In this document: piece by piece, positions 19,002-29,394 of the stretch | Position numbering within the stretch: position 1 is the stretch's first letter | Layout: the number at the start of each line of letters is the position of its first letter | From: an uncultured Rhodobacteraceae bacterium | GTDB taxonomy: Bacteria; Pseudomonadota; Alphaproteobacteria; Rhodobacterales; Rhodobacteraceae | DNA length: 64,000 nt | NCBI GenBank assembly: GCA_947503935.1 | Contig: CANNFR010000008.1 | Span: forward strand, 133,251 to 197,250 | Direction of reading: 5' to 3' | The notes under the pieces: model-generated | Seen by the model: only the letters and a program-made list of their open reading frames with translations | Databases searched by the model: none | What the model was told of the DNA's origin: nothing | Program-made: the position numbers and the translations under genes

Positions 19002-19669
19002 TGCGCGCGGTCGTTATCACATACCCCGGATCGAATTGCGACCGTGACCTGGTGCGTGGGTTCGAACTGGCCGGGTTCGAGGTTGAGCGCGTCTGGCACA
19101 AAGACACCGATATGCCGCAAAATGTCGATGTGGTCGGCGTGCCTGGCGGGTTTTCCTATGGTGACTACCTGCGCTGCGGCGCCATCGCGGCGCGGTCGGC
19201 CATTTCGCCCGCGATTGTGGCCCATGCCGAAAAGGGCGGCTATGTGCTGGGCGTCTGCAACGGCTTTCAGGTGCTGACCGAGATGGGCATCCTGCCGGGC
19301 GTTCTGATGCGCAATCAGAGCCTGAAGTACATCTGCCGTGTGGTGGGCTTACGGGTTACCACCTCCGCCAGCCCCTTCACCTCTGCTTACGGGGCGGATG
19401 TGGTGATCGACGTGCCCATCGCCCATCACGACGGCAATTACGTGGCCGACACCGATACGCTGGCGCGACTTGCCGGAGAAGACAGGATCGCCTTCCGCTA
19501 TGTCGACAACCCCAACGGCTCGGTCGATGACATCGCGGGCATCCTGTCGGAGAACCGGCGCGTTCTGGGGATGATGCCCCATCCCGAGCGGCGGGTTGAG
19601 GCGGCGCAGGGTGGCACGGATGGCGCGGCGCTCTTCCGCTCACTTCTGGCCGAGATGTCGGTCGCCTGA
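19001..19669 (+). CDS. purQ: phosphoribosylformylglycinamidine synthase subunit PurQ (glutaminase)
   Basis: Class I amidotransferase with GVCNGFQ (nucleophile Cys) and the MPHPER motif. The ATG overlaps the purS stop. Confidence 0.93.
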   Translation: MRAVVITYPGSNCDRDLVRGFELAGFEVERVWHKDTDMPQNVDVVGVPGGFSYGDYLRCGAIAARSAISPAIVAHAEKGGYVLGVCNGFQVLTEMGILPGVLMRNQSLKYICRVVGLRVTTSASPFTSAYGADVVIDVPIAHHDGNYVADTDTLARLAGEDRIAFRYVDNPNGSVDDIAGILSENRRVLGMMPHPERRVEAAQGGTDGAALFRSLLAEMSVA

Positions 19670-19715
19670 CCCTTGCCCGCTTGAGCCGGGCGGCGTCTGG
19701 GCCTAATCTTCCGCA

Positions 19716-21476
19716 ATGACAGCGTCAGACGACAAACCGGCCCGAGCGCGCCGCCGCACCACCACCCGCAAGGTGCGGCTGATCGTGCTGGGCATGTTCT
19801 TTGTCGCGGTCGGCCTGATCTTTGTGACCAACCGCTTGCTGACGGAACGCTTTACCGAGACCACACGCAACCGGGCCGAGATCCGTCTGGCGCTCTATTC
19901 CGGGAACATCATGTCCGAGTTGCAGCGCAATTCGGTCGTGCCGCTTCTGCTGTCGCGCGACCCGACGCTGATCACGGCATTGACCAGCCGGGACTACTCG
20001 CAAAGCTCGCAGCGCCTGATTTCATATCGCGATGAGATCGGAGCGGCGCAATTGATGCTTCTGGACTCCAGTGGCCGCACCGTGGCCTCGACCGATCGCA
20101 ACCTGATCGGCACGGTGCATCGAAATTCGCCCTATTTTGTTGAGGCTCTGCGCTCATCCGACACGGTCTTCACCGCCACTGAAAGCGAAACTACCACCTA
20201 CGATTTCATCTATTCCAGACGGGTGCAGAGCAACCGGCAGACGGTGGGCGTGATCGTGGTTGAGGTGGATCTGCGCAAGTTTGAGCGGGCCTGGTCGTCC
20301 ATCGCCGATGCCGTCCTGGTGACCAACAGCGAGGGCACGATCATCCTGGCGACCGAGGCGGCCTGGCGCGGCCTGACGATTGAAGAGGCGCTGGGGACGC
20401 GCCCCGTGCCCTCGGTCATCCGCCGCACCATCGAACGCGCCGCCGATTGGGGCGCGCTGCCGCCTGACGCCTATATCCGCGGCGATGCGGTGATGCGGCT
20501 GGACGGGCGGGTGCCGTTTCAGGGCTGGCGCATCACGTCATTTTCCACCTTCGCCAGCGTGCGCGAACGGGTGAATGCGGTTCTGGCGCTCGAGATCATG
20601 GGGTTTGCGATTCTTCTGGCGCTGACCTTCTATTTCCTCTCGCGCCGCGCAGTGTCACGATCACTTTTATTTCAACGGGAATCGGCAGAGCTTCGCGCGC
20701 TGAACGCACGCCTCCAGCGGGAAATCGCCGAGCGTGAGAAGGTGCAAAGGACCCTCGAAGTGGCCGAGCAGACGCTGGCGCAATCATCGAAGCTGGCCGC
20801 GTTGGGCGAGATGTCGGCCGCCGTCAGCCACGAGCTGAACCAGCCGCTTGCGGCGATGAAAACCTACCTCGCCGGCGCCCAGCTTTTGCTGCAGCGCAAA
20901 CGCCCGGATGAGGCGCTGTCGTCGTTCCAGCGGATCGACGATCTGATCGAGCGGATGGGCGCCATCACCCGGCAGTTGAAAAGCTACGCGCGCAAAGGCG
21001 GCGATGCGTTTGAGGCCTTTGATGTAAGGGACGCCTTGTCATCCGCGCTGTCGATGATGGAGCCGCAGCTGAAAACGCGCAAGGTCTCGATCACCCGGGC
21101 GATCCCGCGCGAGCCGGTGCGGGTGATGGCCGATCGCGTGCGTCTGGAACAGGTGATCATCAACCTTCTGCGGAATGCGCTGGATGCCACGCGCGACGCC
21201 GATGATCCGACAATTGATCTGATCTTGTCGGCGGGCGAGACCGCGACCCTGACGGTGCGCGACAATGGCGAGGGGATCACCGATCTGGACCGGCTGTTCG
21301 AGCCGTTCTACACAACCAAGGCGCCCGGTGACGGGGTCGGCTTGGGGCTTGCCATTTCCTCTGGCATCGTGAACGACCTTGGCGGACGTCTGACGGCGCG
21401 CAATGCGGCGTCGGGTGGGGCGGTGTTTGAGCTGCAACTCCCCATCCTGGACAGTGAAATGGAAGCGGCGGAATGA
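19716..21476 (+). CDS. dctB: DctB-like sensor histidine kinase (periplasmic double-Cache type)
   Basis: TM, a large periplasmic domain, a second TM, H-box SHELNQPLAA, and N/G boxes. It is followed by a DctD-like regulator. The symbol is by family resemblance only. Confidence 0.7.
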   Translation: MTASDDKPARARRRTTTRKVRLIVLGMFFVAVGLIFVTNRLLTERFTETTRNRAEIRLALYSGNIMSELQRNSVVPLLLSRDPTLITALTSRDYSQSSQRLISYRDEIGAAQLMLLDSSGRTVASTDRNLIGTVHRNSPYFVEALRSSDTVFTATESETTTYDFIYSRRVQSNRQTVGVIVVEVDLRKFERAWSSIADAVLVTNSEGTIILATEAAWRGLTIEEALGTRPVPSVIRRTIERAADWGALPPDAYIRGDAVMRLDGRVPFQGWRITSFSTFASVRERVNAVLALEIMGFAILLALTFYFLSRRAVSRSLLFQRESAELRALNARLQREIAEREKVQRTLEVAEQTLAQSSKLAALGEMSAAVSHELNQPLAAMKTYLAGAQLLLQRKRPDEALSSFQRIDDLIERMGAITRQLKSYARKGGDAFEAFDVRDALSSALSMMEPQLKTRKVSITRAIPREPVRVMADRVRLEQVIINLLRNALDATRDADDPTIDLILSAGETATLTVRDNGEGITDLDRLFEPFYTTKAPGDGVGLGLAISSGIVNDLGGRLTARNAASGGAVFELQLPILDSEMEAAE

Positions 21477-21483
21477 GGGTGGC

Positions 21484-22815
21484 ATGGCGCGCGCGATGAA
21501 AATAGCAATCGTCGATGACGAACAGGATATGCGGCAATCGATCAGCCAATGGCTGGCCTTGTCGGGCTTTGATACCGAAACCTTTCCAAGTGCCGAGGAT
21601 GCGCTAAAGGGGATCACCAATGATTATCCCGGCGTCGTCGTCAGCGATATCAAGATGCCCGGCATGGACGGGATGCAGTTTCTTAAGCGCCTGATGGGCA
21701 TCGATAGCGGCCTGCCCGTCATCATGATCACCGGCCACGGTGATGTGCCCATGGCGGTTGAGGCGATGCGCGTCGGCGCGTTTGATTTCTTGGAAAAGCC
21801 CTTCAACCCCGACCGGATGACCGAGCTTGCCAAGAAAGCCACCCAGGCCCGGCGCCTGACGCTGGACAACCGGGCGCTGCGCAAAGAGCTGTCGGACGGC
21901 ACCGGCATCATGAAGAAACTGATCGGCACCTCGCCGGTGATGGAACGTCTGCGCGAGGATATCCTCGATCTGGGCCAAGCCGACGGTCATGTGCTGATCG
22001 ACGGTGAAACCGGCACCGGCAAGACGCTGGTGGCGCATGCGCTGCATGCCGTGGGGCCGCGGGCGGGCAAGAAGTTCGTCACGATCTCCTGCGCCGCCCA
22101 CGACAAGGACACGCTGGGCGAGCGTCTGTTCGGCCCGGCGGGCGAGGGGATGCAGCTGCCTCTGGTGGAAGAGGCGCGCGGCGGTACGCTGGTGCTTGAG
22201 GATGTCGAGGCGCTGCCCTCAGAATTGCAGGCCCGCCTTCTGACCTTCATCAACGATCAGGGCAATCCGGCCGAAACCCGCATCATTGCCATCGTCAACC
22301 AGCACGGGCCCGACACCACGGTCGAGCAGGTGATCCGCCCCGACCTTTACTTCCGCCTGGCCGCCCTGAAGATCGTGCTGCCGCCGCTCCGCGCCCGGGG
22401 CGAGGATATCCTGGTGCTCTTCACCCGCATGGCCGAGCAGTTTTCCGACGAATATGGCTGCGACGCGCCCGAGGTGACGGCCCAGGAAGCGGCCCAGCTT
22501 TTGCAGGCGCCCTGGCCCGGCAATATCCGCCAGCTGGTCAATGTGGCCGAACGCGCCGTGCTGCAAAACCGTCGCGGCACCGGCACCATCGCGTCGCTTC
22601 TGATGGCCGATGATGAGGATACCGGCCCCGCCATGACGACCGAGGGCAAGCCGCTGAAGGAATATGTGGAGGCGTTTGAACGCATGCTGATCGACAACAC
22701 CATGCGCCGGCACAAGGGGTCCATTGCCAGCGTCATGGACGAGCTCTGCCTGCCGCGCCGAACGCTGAACGAGAAGATGGCCAAATACGGGCTTCAGCGA
22801 TCCGATTACCTCTGA
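21484..22815 (+). CDS. dctD: DctD/NtrC-family response regulator with an atypical AAA+ domain (no GAFTGA loop)
   Basis: REC domain (IVDDE ... D ... K), Walker A GETGTGKT, RPDLYFRL, and a C-terminal Fis-type HTH. GAFTGA is absent and the Walker B reads LVLEDV. Confidence 0.75.
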   Translation: MARAMKIAIVDDEQDMRQSISQWLALSGFDTETFPSAEDALKGITNDYPGVVVSDIKMPGMDGMQFLKRLMGIDSGLPVIMITGHGDVPMAVEAMRVGAFDFLEKPFNPDRMTELAKKATQARRLTLDNRALRKELSDGTGIMKKLIGTSPVMERLREDILDLGQADGHVLIDGETGTGKTLVAHALHAVGPRAGKKFVTISCAAHDKDTLGERLFGPAGEGMQLPLVEEARGGTLVLEDVEALPSELQARLLTFINDQGNPAETRIIAIVNQHGPDTTVEQVIRPDLYFRLAALKIVLPPLRARGEDILVLFTRMAEQFSDEYGCDAPEVTAQEAAQLLQAPWPGNIRQLVNVAERAVLQNRRGTGTIASLLMADDEDTGPAMTTEGKPLKEYVEAFERMLIDNTMRRHKGSIASVMDELCLPRRTLNEKMAKYGLQRSDYL

Positions 22816-22898
22816 TACCCCGAAGATCCGGCCCAGCCCGGCCAGTTCGGGCCGGGCATTTGAACGGCCATTCGATGTCAGGGTAAGGGGTGGTTTCC

Positions 22899-23711
22899 AT
22901 GCTGTTGCTGCTTTACGGCGCGATCGTTCTGGCCGCGCTTTTGGCGTATGCGGTCCCGCTCTATCTGGGGGTGCGCTTTCTGCGGTCGGGACGGCGTTGG
23001 TTGGGGGGCGGGCTGCTGGCCCTTGTCGCGATCATCGCGGTGGTCATTCCGGCTTACCAACAATACTCGGCCCAGCGCATCCTTACGGCGGTCGAGGCGG
23101 CTGAGATCCTTCCGGACGTGATCGACGTGGCCGGCAAACGCGTGCTGGTCATTGGGTCCTTGTTCAACGACCGTGACACTGCAACCGCGTTTCTTACTAT
23201 TGGTGGGGCGGATGCGGTGTTCGGTGTCGAGAAAACAATGAACGAGGCGGCGCAATTTGCTACATTTGCCGATATCGACGCTCTGCTGGACCAGGCCCAG
23301 CACCTGGGTGAGGAGCCGGCCCCCTACAACCCGGAAGAAACCTGGTTTCAATTCGGCCCCGTTACGGGTCCTGTTGGCTATGATTACGTGTTTTTCGGCG
23401 CGTCGCCCCCTTATGGCGAGGCGCCGCCATCACCGTTTCTCGGGCGGTGGCTTGCGCTTGGGCCATCCGATATCGGCAGGGTCATCTATGTCCGTGCGCT
23501 GCTGGAGCGGCCGGACAACCCCGCCACCCCTTTGGCAGAGAGCCGCCCGCTCTATCTGAAAGGCTATTTTCAAGAGGTCACGCCCTCTGTTCCGCTCTGG
23601 CCTCTCGGTAATCGCCATATCGGCGATTTCAGCAGTACGACGCCCGAAAACCTGCGTCAGGCGCTCTGCGAAAGGGAAGGCGCCCAGGACTGGAATGAAT
23701 GGTGCCTTTAG
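22899..23711 (+). CDS. hypothetical membrane-anchored protein
   Basis: Two N-terminal TM helices, then a soluble domain with no recognisable motif. AAGGGG lies upstream of ATG 22899 (GTG 22890 is also possible). Confidence 0.5.
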   Translation: MLLLLYGAIVLAALLAYAVPLYLGVRFLRSGRRWLGGGLLALVAIIAVVIPAYQQYSAQRILTAVEAAEILPDVIDVAGKRVLVIGSLFNDRDTATAFLTIGGADAVFGVEKTMNEAAQFATFADIDALLDQAQHLGEEPAPYNPEETWFQFGPVTGPVGYDYVFFGASPPYGEAPPSPFLGRWLALGPSDIGRVIYVRALLERPDNPATPLAESRPLYLKGYFQEVTPSVPLWPLGNRHIGDFSSTTPENLRQALCEREGAQDWNEWCL

Positions 23712-24113
23712 ACGGTCAGCAAAATTGCCATTGTCTTTTGCTCTGCTTCCCCGCTAGTGTCGGCACACGTTGGCCGGGTGACGCATGGTCGTACCCTCCA
23801 GCCCATCAGTTTCGCTGACAAGCGCGCCGTGTACGGGCCGAAATGCCCCGGCGCCCCCTTGTCGGACAGATTGGCCGAAAGGCCGTAAGGACGCCTCCGA
23901 TGGCCAAGGCCGCAGGGGGTATTGTATCGGCGCCGGATAAGGCGCCCCAAGGAAAACCGCGATGACGCGCGCTGACAGGACACACTTCGATGCAGGCAGG
24001 CCTCTGGCCGCGCTCATGCGTCGTGTCGCGCCCCGGATCGCCTTCGAATTGCCTGCCGTCTCCCGCGATTGCCCGCCTGGGCAGTTGCGATCTCGGCATG
24101 CGGAAAGACATCA
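23712..24113 (+). promoter_or_regulatory. long (about 400 nt) leader region upstream of rne
   Basis: This is a non-coding gap with many GC-rich inverted repeats before RNase E. RNase E genes are commonly autoregulated through long 5' UTRs. No specific motif was recognised. Confidence 0.4.
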
Positions 24114-26825
24114 ATGCCTAAGAAAATGCTTATCGATGCCACCCACGCGGAAGAAACCCGCGTCGTGGTGGTCGACGGAAACAAGGTTGAGGAATTCGAC
24201 TTTGAATCGGTCAACAAACGCCAGCTAGCCGGCAACATCTACCTCGCAAAAGTCACTCGGGTCGAACCGTCGCTTCAGGCGGCCTTCATCGATTACGGCG
24301 GCAACCGGCACGGATTTCTGGCGTTTTCGGAAATTCATCCCGATTACTATCAGATCCCCGTGGCCGACCGTGAGGCCCTTCTGGCCGAAGAACGCGCCGA
24401 AGCCGAAGCCGCCGAGGAGGAGGAGCGCAAGCCCGCCCGCCGCCGGTCACGCTCACGCTCAAAGGCCAAGGCCGAAGCGGTCGAGGATGCCGATGCACAG
24501 GTCGAAACCGCCGAGCCTGCGGCGGAAGCCGCTGCAGAAGGCGAAAAGGATGCAGAGGCGTCCGAGGCACCCGCCGAGACTGCTGAGGCGCCGGCCGGGG
24601 ATGAGCCTGCGCCGATCTCGGGCATGGATGTCATCGATCTGGATGACGACAAGCCGGGTGACGATGAGGATGGCGATGCGCCGTTCCGGGCGGTCGATCA
24701 TGCCGCCGAGATGGACGAAGAGATTGAATCGGTCGCCGATGAAGACGTGACCGAGGAAATCCGCCGCCCCCGCAAGCCGCGCGTGCGCCGCTACAAGATC
24801 CAGGAAGTGATCAAGGTGCGCCAGATCATGCTGGTGCAGGTCGTCAAGGAAGAGCGTGGCAACAAGGGCGCCGCACTGACCACCTATCTGTCGCTGGCGG
24901 GACGCTACTGCGTGCTGATGCCCAATACCGCGCGCGGTGGCGGGATCAGCCGCAAGATCACCAATGCCGCCGACCGCAAGAAGCTGAAGGAAATCGCAAA
25001 CGAGATGACCCTGCCCGAAGGGGCGGGCCTGATCATCCGCACCGCCGGTGCCCAGCGGACCAAGGCCGAGGTGCGGCGCGACTACGAATACCTCATGCGC
25101 CTTTGGGAGCAGATCCGCGAGCTGACGCTGAAATCCATCGCGCCCGCGCCGATCTACGAGGAAGGCAACCTGATCAAGCGCACGATCCGCGACCTCTACA
25201 GCCGCGAGATCGATGAGGTCTGGGTCGAGGGCGAGGGCGGCTACCGCACCGCCAAGGACTTCATGCGCATGATCATGCCGTCGCATGCCAAGAACGTGAA
25301 GCTGTACCAGGAAGCGATGCCGCTTTTCGCCCGCTACCAGGTGGAAAGCTATCTGTCGTCGATGTTCAACCCTACGGTCCAGCTGAAATCGGGCGGCTAT
25401 ATCGTGATCGGCATCACCGAGGCGCTGGTCGCGATCGACATCAACTCAGGCCGGGCCACCAAGGAAGGCTCGATCGAAGAGACCGCGACGAAGACCAATC
25501 TTGAGGCCGCGGAAGAGATTGCCCGCCAATTGCGCCTGCGTGACTTGGCCGGGCTGATTGTGATCGACTTCATCGACATGGAGGATCGCAAGAACAACGC
25601 CGCCGTCGAGAAGAAGCTGAAAGACAAGCTGAAAACTGACCGCGCGCGCATCCAGGTCGGCCGCATCTCGGGCTTTGGCCTTCTGGAGATGAGCCGTCAG
25701 CGTCTGCGCCCCGGTATGCTTGAGGCCACGACCCAGCCCTGTCCGCATTGCCACGGCACGGGTCTGATCCGGTCGGATGACAACCTGGCCCTGGCCGTTC
25801 TGCGGCAGCTTGAGGAAGAGGGCACGCGCAAACGCTCAAAAGAGGTGCTACTGAAGGCACCGGTCGCCATCGTGAACTACTTGATGAACGAAAAGCGCGA
25901 GCATGTGGCCCAGATCGAGGCGCGCTATGGCATGGCGGTGCGGCTTGAGGCCGATCCGATGCTGATCAGCCCCGATTTCTCGATCGAAAAGTTCAAGACC
26001 GCCACCCGCGTTGTGGCACCCGCCGCGCCGGTCGTGTCGATCGATACGACCGAGATGGACGCGCTTGACGACGCTGCGGCGGCCGCGGCCGCCGCCGAGG
26101 ACGAACAAGAAGAGGTGGCCGAGGCCGACCGCGCCGATGACAACGGCGAAGGGCAGGGCGGCAAGAAAAAGCGCCGCCGTCGGCGCCGCCGTCGTGGTGG
26201 CGGAGGAGGCGAGGCCAATGGCGATGCCGTCGTGGCCAGCGAAGCCGCCGAAAGCGACGGCACGCCAGTCGAGGCACCGGCCCAGGCTGAGGCGGGCTCT
26301 GAGGCCGAAGACGAGACAAAAGCGCCGCGCAAGCGGTCGCGCAGCCGTGGCGGACGCGGCCGTGGCAAGGCGTCTGAGGCGGAAGCCGATGAGGCCATCG
26401 CGGCGCCTGACAAGGCGGCCGAGGATGCCGCAGAGGCGCCTGAGGTGACACAAGCGGCAGAGGCCGAGGCCGAAGAGGCGCCCAAAAAGCGCGTCACCCG
26501 CAGTCGCCGCAAGACGCCCGCCAAAGAGGCTGCCGAGGCTGAGCCCGCCAAGACTGAGCCCGCCGAGGAGACGGCCCCCGCAGAGGCCCAAGCGGCCGAG
26601 GCCGAGACCGCCGACGCGCCAAAGCCCAAACGCGTGCGCAAGTCGCGCGCCAAGCCCAAGGAGCCGGTCGCGGCCGAGGCAACCGAAGCACCGGTTCTGC
26701 TGACCCAACCGATTGAACCGGCCGCACCAAAGCCGGCGGCGGCGAAAAAGGCAGAGCCCGCCGCTGAGCCTGAGGCCAAGGACGACAAGCCCAAGCGCAA
26801 GGGCTGGTGGTCTCTCGGGCGATAA
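24114..26825 (+). CDS. rne: ribonuclease E
   Basis: N-terminus MLIDATHAEETRVVVVDGNKVEEFDFE, an S1 domain with an acidic insertion, a DNase I-like/Zn-link region (CPHCHGTG), and a long Arg/Glu/Ala-rich scaffold tail. Confidence 0.95.
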   Translation: MPKKMLIDATHAEETRVVVVDGNKVEEFDFESVNKRQLAGNIYLAKVTRVEPSLQAAFIDYGGNRHGFLAFSEIHPDYYQIPVADREALLAEERAEAEAAEEEERKPARRRSRSRSKAKAEAVEDADAQVETAEPAAEAAAEGEKDAEASEAPAETAEAPAGDEPAPISGMDVIDLDDDKPGDDEDGDAPFRAVDHAAEMDEEIESVADEDVTEEIRRPRKPRVRRYKIQEVIKVRQIMLVQVVKEERGNKGAALTTYLSLAGRYCVLMPNTARGGGISRKITNAADRKKLKEIANEMTLPEGAGLIIRTAGAQRTKAEVRRDYEYLMRLWEQIRELTLKSIAPAPIYEEGNLIKRTIRDLYSREIDEVWVEGEGGYRTAKDFMRMIMPSHAKNVKLYQEAMPLFARYQVESYLSSMFNPTVQLKSGGYIVIGITEALVAIDINSGRATKEGSIEETATKTNLEAAEEIARQLRLRDLAGLIVIDFIDMEDRKNNAAVEKKLKDKLKTDRARIQVGRISGFGLLEMSRQRLRPGMLEATTQPCPHCHGTGLIRSDDNLALAVLRQLEEEGTRKRSKEVLLKAPVAIVNYLMNEKREHVAQIEARYGMAVRLEADPMLISPDFSIEKFKTATRVVAPAAPVVSIDTTEMDALDDAAAAAAAAEDEQEEVAEADRADDNGEGQGGKKKRRRRRRRRGGGGGEANGDAVVASEAAESDGTPVEAPAQAEAGSEAEDETKAPRKRSRSRGGRGRGKASEAEADEAIAAPDKAAEDAAEAPEVTQAAEAEAEEAPKKRVTRSRRKTPAKEAAEAEPAKTEPAEETAPAEAQAAEAETADAPKPKRVRKSRAKPKEPVAAEATEAPVLLTQPIEPAAPKPAAAKKAEPAAEPEAKDDKPKRKGWWSLGR

Positions 26826-26877
26826 CTCGTTCCGGGATGCCAGGCCAAGGAGGCTCGGCATCCCGCGACAACGGTCT

Positions 26878-27261
26878 TCAGACGGTCGGCCGCCACGGCC
26901 CCTCAAGATGGGTGGCCTCATCGTCGCCCGGCCAGGGCGGCATGGTGATGCAGATGAAGGTCAGATCCTCATCACCCGCATTGCGGTACTGAAAATCCGT
27001 GCCGACGGGGATGTCAATCGACGTGCCGGGCACCAGGGGCGTCACGCGCTCTTCCCTGGCCGAGCGCCGCCAGATTTCGCCCGCACCGCCCAGCACGTAC
27101 CAGAACTCGCTGACACTGGCATGGCGCGTCGCCCGGTTGATCTGGCCCGGCGGAACCGTGCTGTGGATCATGTTGCCGGCAGGTCCGTCCATGATGAACC
27201 TGATCTGCGCTCCGGCCGGCGAGGTCGCGTCGGCCTCCGGCCCCAAAATGGTCTCTTTCAA
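26878..27261 (-). CDS. cupin domain protein
   Basis: Small beta-barrel protein with a cupin-like signature (H....E.WYVL.G.G ... P.G..F.Y.N). Confidence 0.7.
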   Translation of the reverse strand: MKETILGPEADATSPAGAQIRFIMDGPAGNMIHSTVPPGQINRATRHASVSEFWYVLGGAGEIWRRSAREERVTPLVPGTSIDIPVGTDFQYRNAGDEDLTFICITMPPWPGDDEATHLEGPWRPTV

Positions 27262-27386
27262 GGTGTGTCCTCCATAGAAACGCTAAGCCGGTCGCGCCCC
27301 GGCGGCTCTGCCACGCAAATGTGAGCCATTGACACGTGACTGGGCCGGTCATGCAAGATATCTCATGGGCAGGAAGGGAATTTCCC

Positions 27387-28130
27387 ATGTTCGGAATCGA
27401 GATCATCGATGCGGCCCTCTTGCCTGCGCTCTTCGTGGCGCTGGCCGCTGGCGTGCTGTCGTTTCTCAGCCCCTGCGTGCTGCCCATCGTGCCGCCCTAT
27501 CTGGCCTATATGGGGGGCATCACGCTGAACGATGGCACGGCCGTGCGCCGCCGCGCGATGCTGCCGGCTGTTTTCTTCGTGCTGGGCCTGTCGACCGTCT
27601 TTTTGTTCCTGGGCTTTACGTTTTCGTGGATCGGACAGCTTTTCCTCAGCAATCAGATCCTGCTGTCGCGGATCGCAGGCGCGGTGGTGATCGTCTTCGG
27701 CCTGCATTTCTTGGGCGTCTTGCGCATCCCGCTGCTCAATCGCGAGGCCCGGCTGGATGCCGGCGATCAGGGTGGGTCAGCCTTCGGCGCCTACATCCTG
27801 GGCCTGGCCTTCGCCTTCGGCTGGACACCCTGCATCGGCCCGATCCTGGGCGCGATCCTGTCGCTGGCCGCGACCGAGGCCAGCGTGGCGAGGGGCACAT
27901 TGCTTTTGGGCGTCTACGCCTTGGGGCTGGGCCTGCCCTTCTTGCTGGTCGCGGCCTATCTCGACCGGGCGCAGGGCGTCATGGCACGGCTCAAGAAGCA
28001 TATGGGGCTGATCGAAAAGCTGATGGGCGGGCTTTTGGTGGCGGTCGGTGTGGCACTGCTGACAGGCGCGTTCTCGGCCTTTTCGTTCTGGCTGCTTGAA
28101 ACCTTCCCGGCGCTTGCCACGCTTGGTTAA
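27387..28130 (+). CDS. ccdA: cytochrome c biogenesis thiol-disulfide transporter CcdA/DsbD-family
   Basis: Six TM helices with the LSPCVLP and TPCIGP motifs. GGAAGGGA lies upstream of ATG 27387. Confidence 0.85.
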   Translation: MFGIEIIDAALLPALFVALAAGVLSFLSPCVLPIVPPYLAYMGGITLNDGTAVRRRAMLPAVFFVLGLSTVFLFLGFTFSWIGQLFLSNQILLSRIAGAVVIVFGLHFLGVLRIPLLNREARLDAGDQGGSAFGAYILGLAFAFGWTPCIGPILGAILSLAATEASVARGTLLLGVYALGLGLPFLLVAAYLDRAQGVMARLKKHMGLIEKLMGGLLVAVGVALLTGAFSAFSFWLLETFPALATLG

Positions 28131-28170
28131 GGGCTACTCTTGTTAACCTTGTCCGGTTACTCTGCCGCCC

Positions 28171-29394
28171 ATGACAGCGATGGCAAAGGTGCGGAAGGTC
28201 AGGCGGCGGCGGGTGTTCTACATCCCCGGCTATGATCCGTTTCATCCGCGCCGCTATCGCGAGCTTTACCGCAAGGAAGGGGCCACGCAGGCCGCCCTGT
28301 CGGGCTATCGGATGACGCTCCGCCCCAAGGCCGCGCCGGGGCCCTATGGCTGGCACGTGACCGGCATGATCGAAGGGGCCGAGGTTGAGGCCGAGATTGA
28401 GGTTCTGGTCTGGTCTGATATCGTCAAGTCGTCCATGGGCCACGGCATCATCGCCACGTACTTGCAGCTTTTCAGAACAGCCTGGATCTACATTGCCTCA
28501 GGCGCGCTGTTCCGGCTGATGCGGCTGCGCAAGGGGCCGGTCATCGCAGCGCTTTACCCCATTGCGATGCTGCTGGCTCAGTTTGGCATAGCCCTTTTGG
28601 CGGCGGCCATCGCGGGCCGCGTGATCGGGTTGGTGGCGCCGCCGCTCAACTGGCTTGGCCTTATCGCAATCTGGCCCGTCTTGGCGCTGTTCCGGCGCTA
28701 TGACAACAAGCTCTACGCCTATTATCTGATGCATGACTACGCCTATTCGGCGCGCTGGAAAGGGGCTTACCCGCCCGAGCTTGAGGCGCGCATGGCCACC
28801 TTCAAGGCGCGCATCGCCGAGGCCTTGGAAACTGATGTCGACGAGGTTTTGGTGGTCGGCCATTCATCGGGCGCGCATCTGGCGATTTCAATTCTGGCCG
28901 ATCTGATCCGCGATTCCCATGTGCCGATGCACGGGCCGCAACTCTCCTTTCTCTCGCTGGGCCATGTGGTGCCGATGGTGTCCTTCCTGCCGAAAGCCGA
29001 TCGCCTGCGCGCCGATCTGCACTATCTCAGCCAGCGCGATGAGCTGGCCTGGGTCGATGTGACGGCCCCGGGCGACGGCTGTGCCTTCGCGCTTTGTGAC
29101 CCGGTCGCCGTGACGGGCGTTGCGGGGCCTGCGAAACGCTGGCCCCTGGTGCTTTCGGCGGCGTTCACCCAGACTCTCAGCGCTGAACGCTGGCGCGAGC
29201 TGCGCTGGCGCTTTTTCCGCCTGCACTTCCAGTATCTCTGCGCCTTCGACGCGCTGTCGGGGACGCTGGGCGAATACGATTACTTCCGCATCACCGCGGG
29301 CCCGCTGACCCTTCATGACCGGTTTGCCAACCGGGCGCCGTCAAAAAGCCGGATCGAGACGCCGGTCTCGCGCCACACCTCGATGGCCGCATGA
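28171..29394 (+). CDS. membrane protein with an alpha/beta-hydrolase-like C-terminal domain (GHSSG)
   Basis: A central block of about 3 TM helices. The nucleophile-elbow-like motif VVGHSSGAH is present. There is a 4-nt overlap with the downstream P450 gene. Confidence 0.6.
   Translation: MTAMAKVRKVRRRRVFYIPGYDPFHPRRYRELYRKEGATQAALSGYRMTLRPKAAPGPYGWHVTGMIEGAEVEAEIEVLVWSDIVKSSMGHGIIATYLQLFRTAWIYIASGALFRLMRLRKGPVIAALYPIAMLLAQFGIALLAAAIAGRVIGLVAPPLNWLGLIAIWPVLALFRRYDNKLYAYYLMHDYAYSARWKGAYPPELEARMATFKARIAEALETDVDEVLVVGHSSGAHLAISILADLIRDSHVPMHGPQLSFLSLGHVVPMVSFLPKADRLRADLHYLSQRDELAWVDVTAPGDGCAFALCDPVAVTGVAGPAKRWPLVLSAAFTQTLSAERWRELRWRFFRLHFQYLCAFDALSGTLGEYDYFRITAGPLTLHDRFANRAPSKSRIETPVSRHTSMAA

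Noticed and set aside
25848-26921. Two overlapping ORFs of about 325-357 aa on the minus strand
   Set aside because: They are antisense to the repetitive Ala/Glu/Arg-rich tail of rne. They are low-complexity mirror frames.
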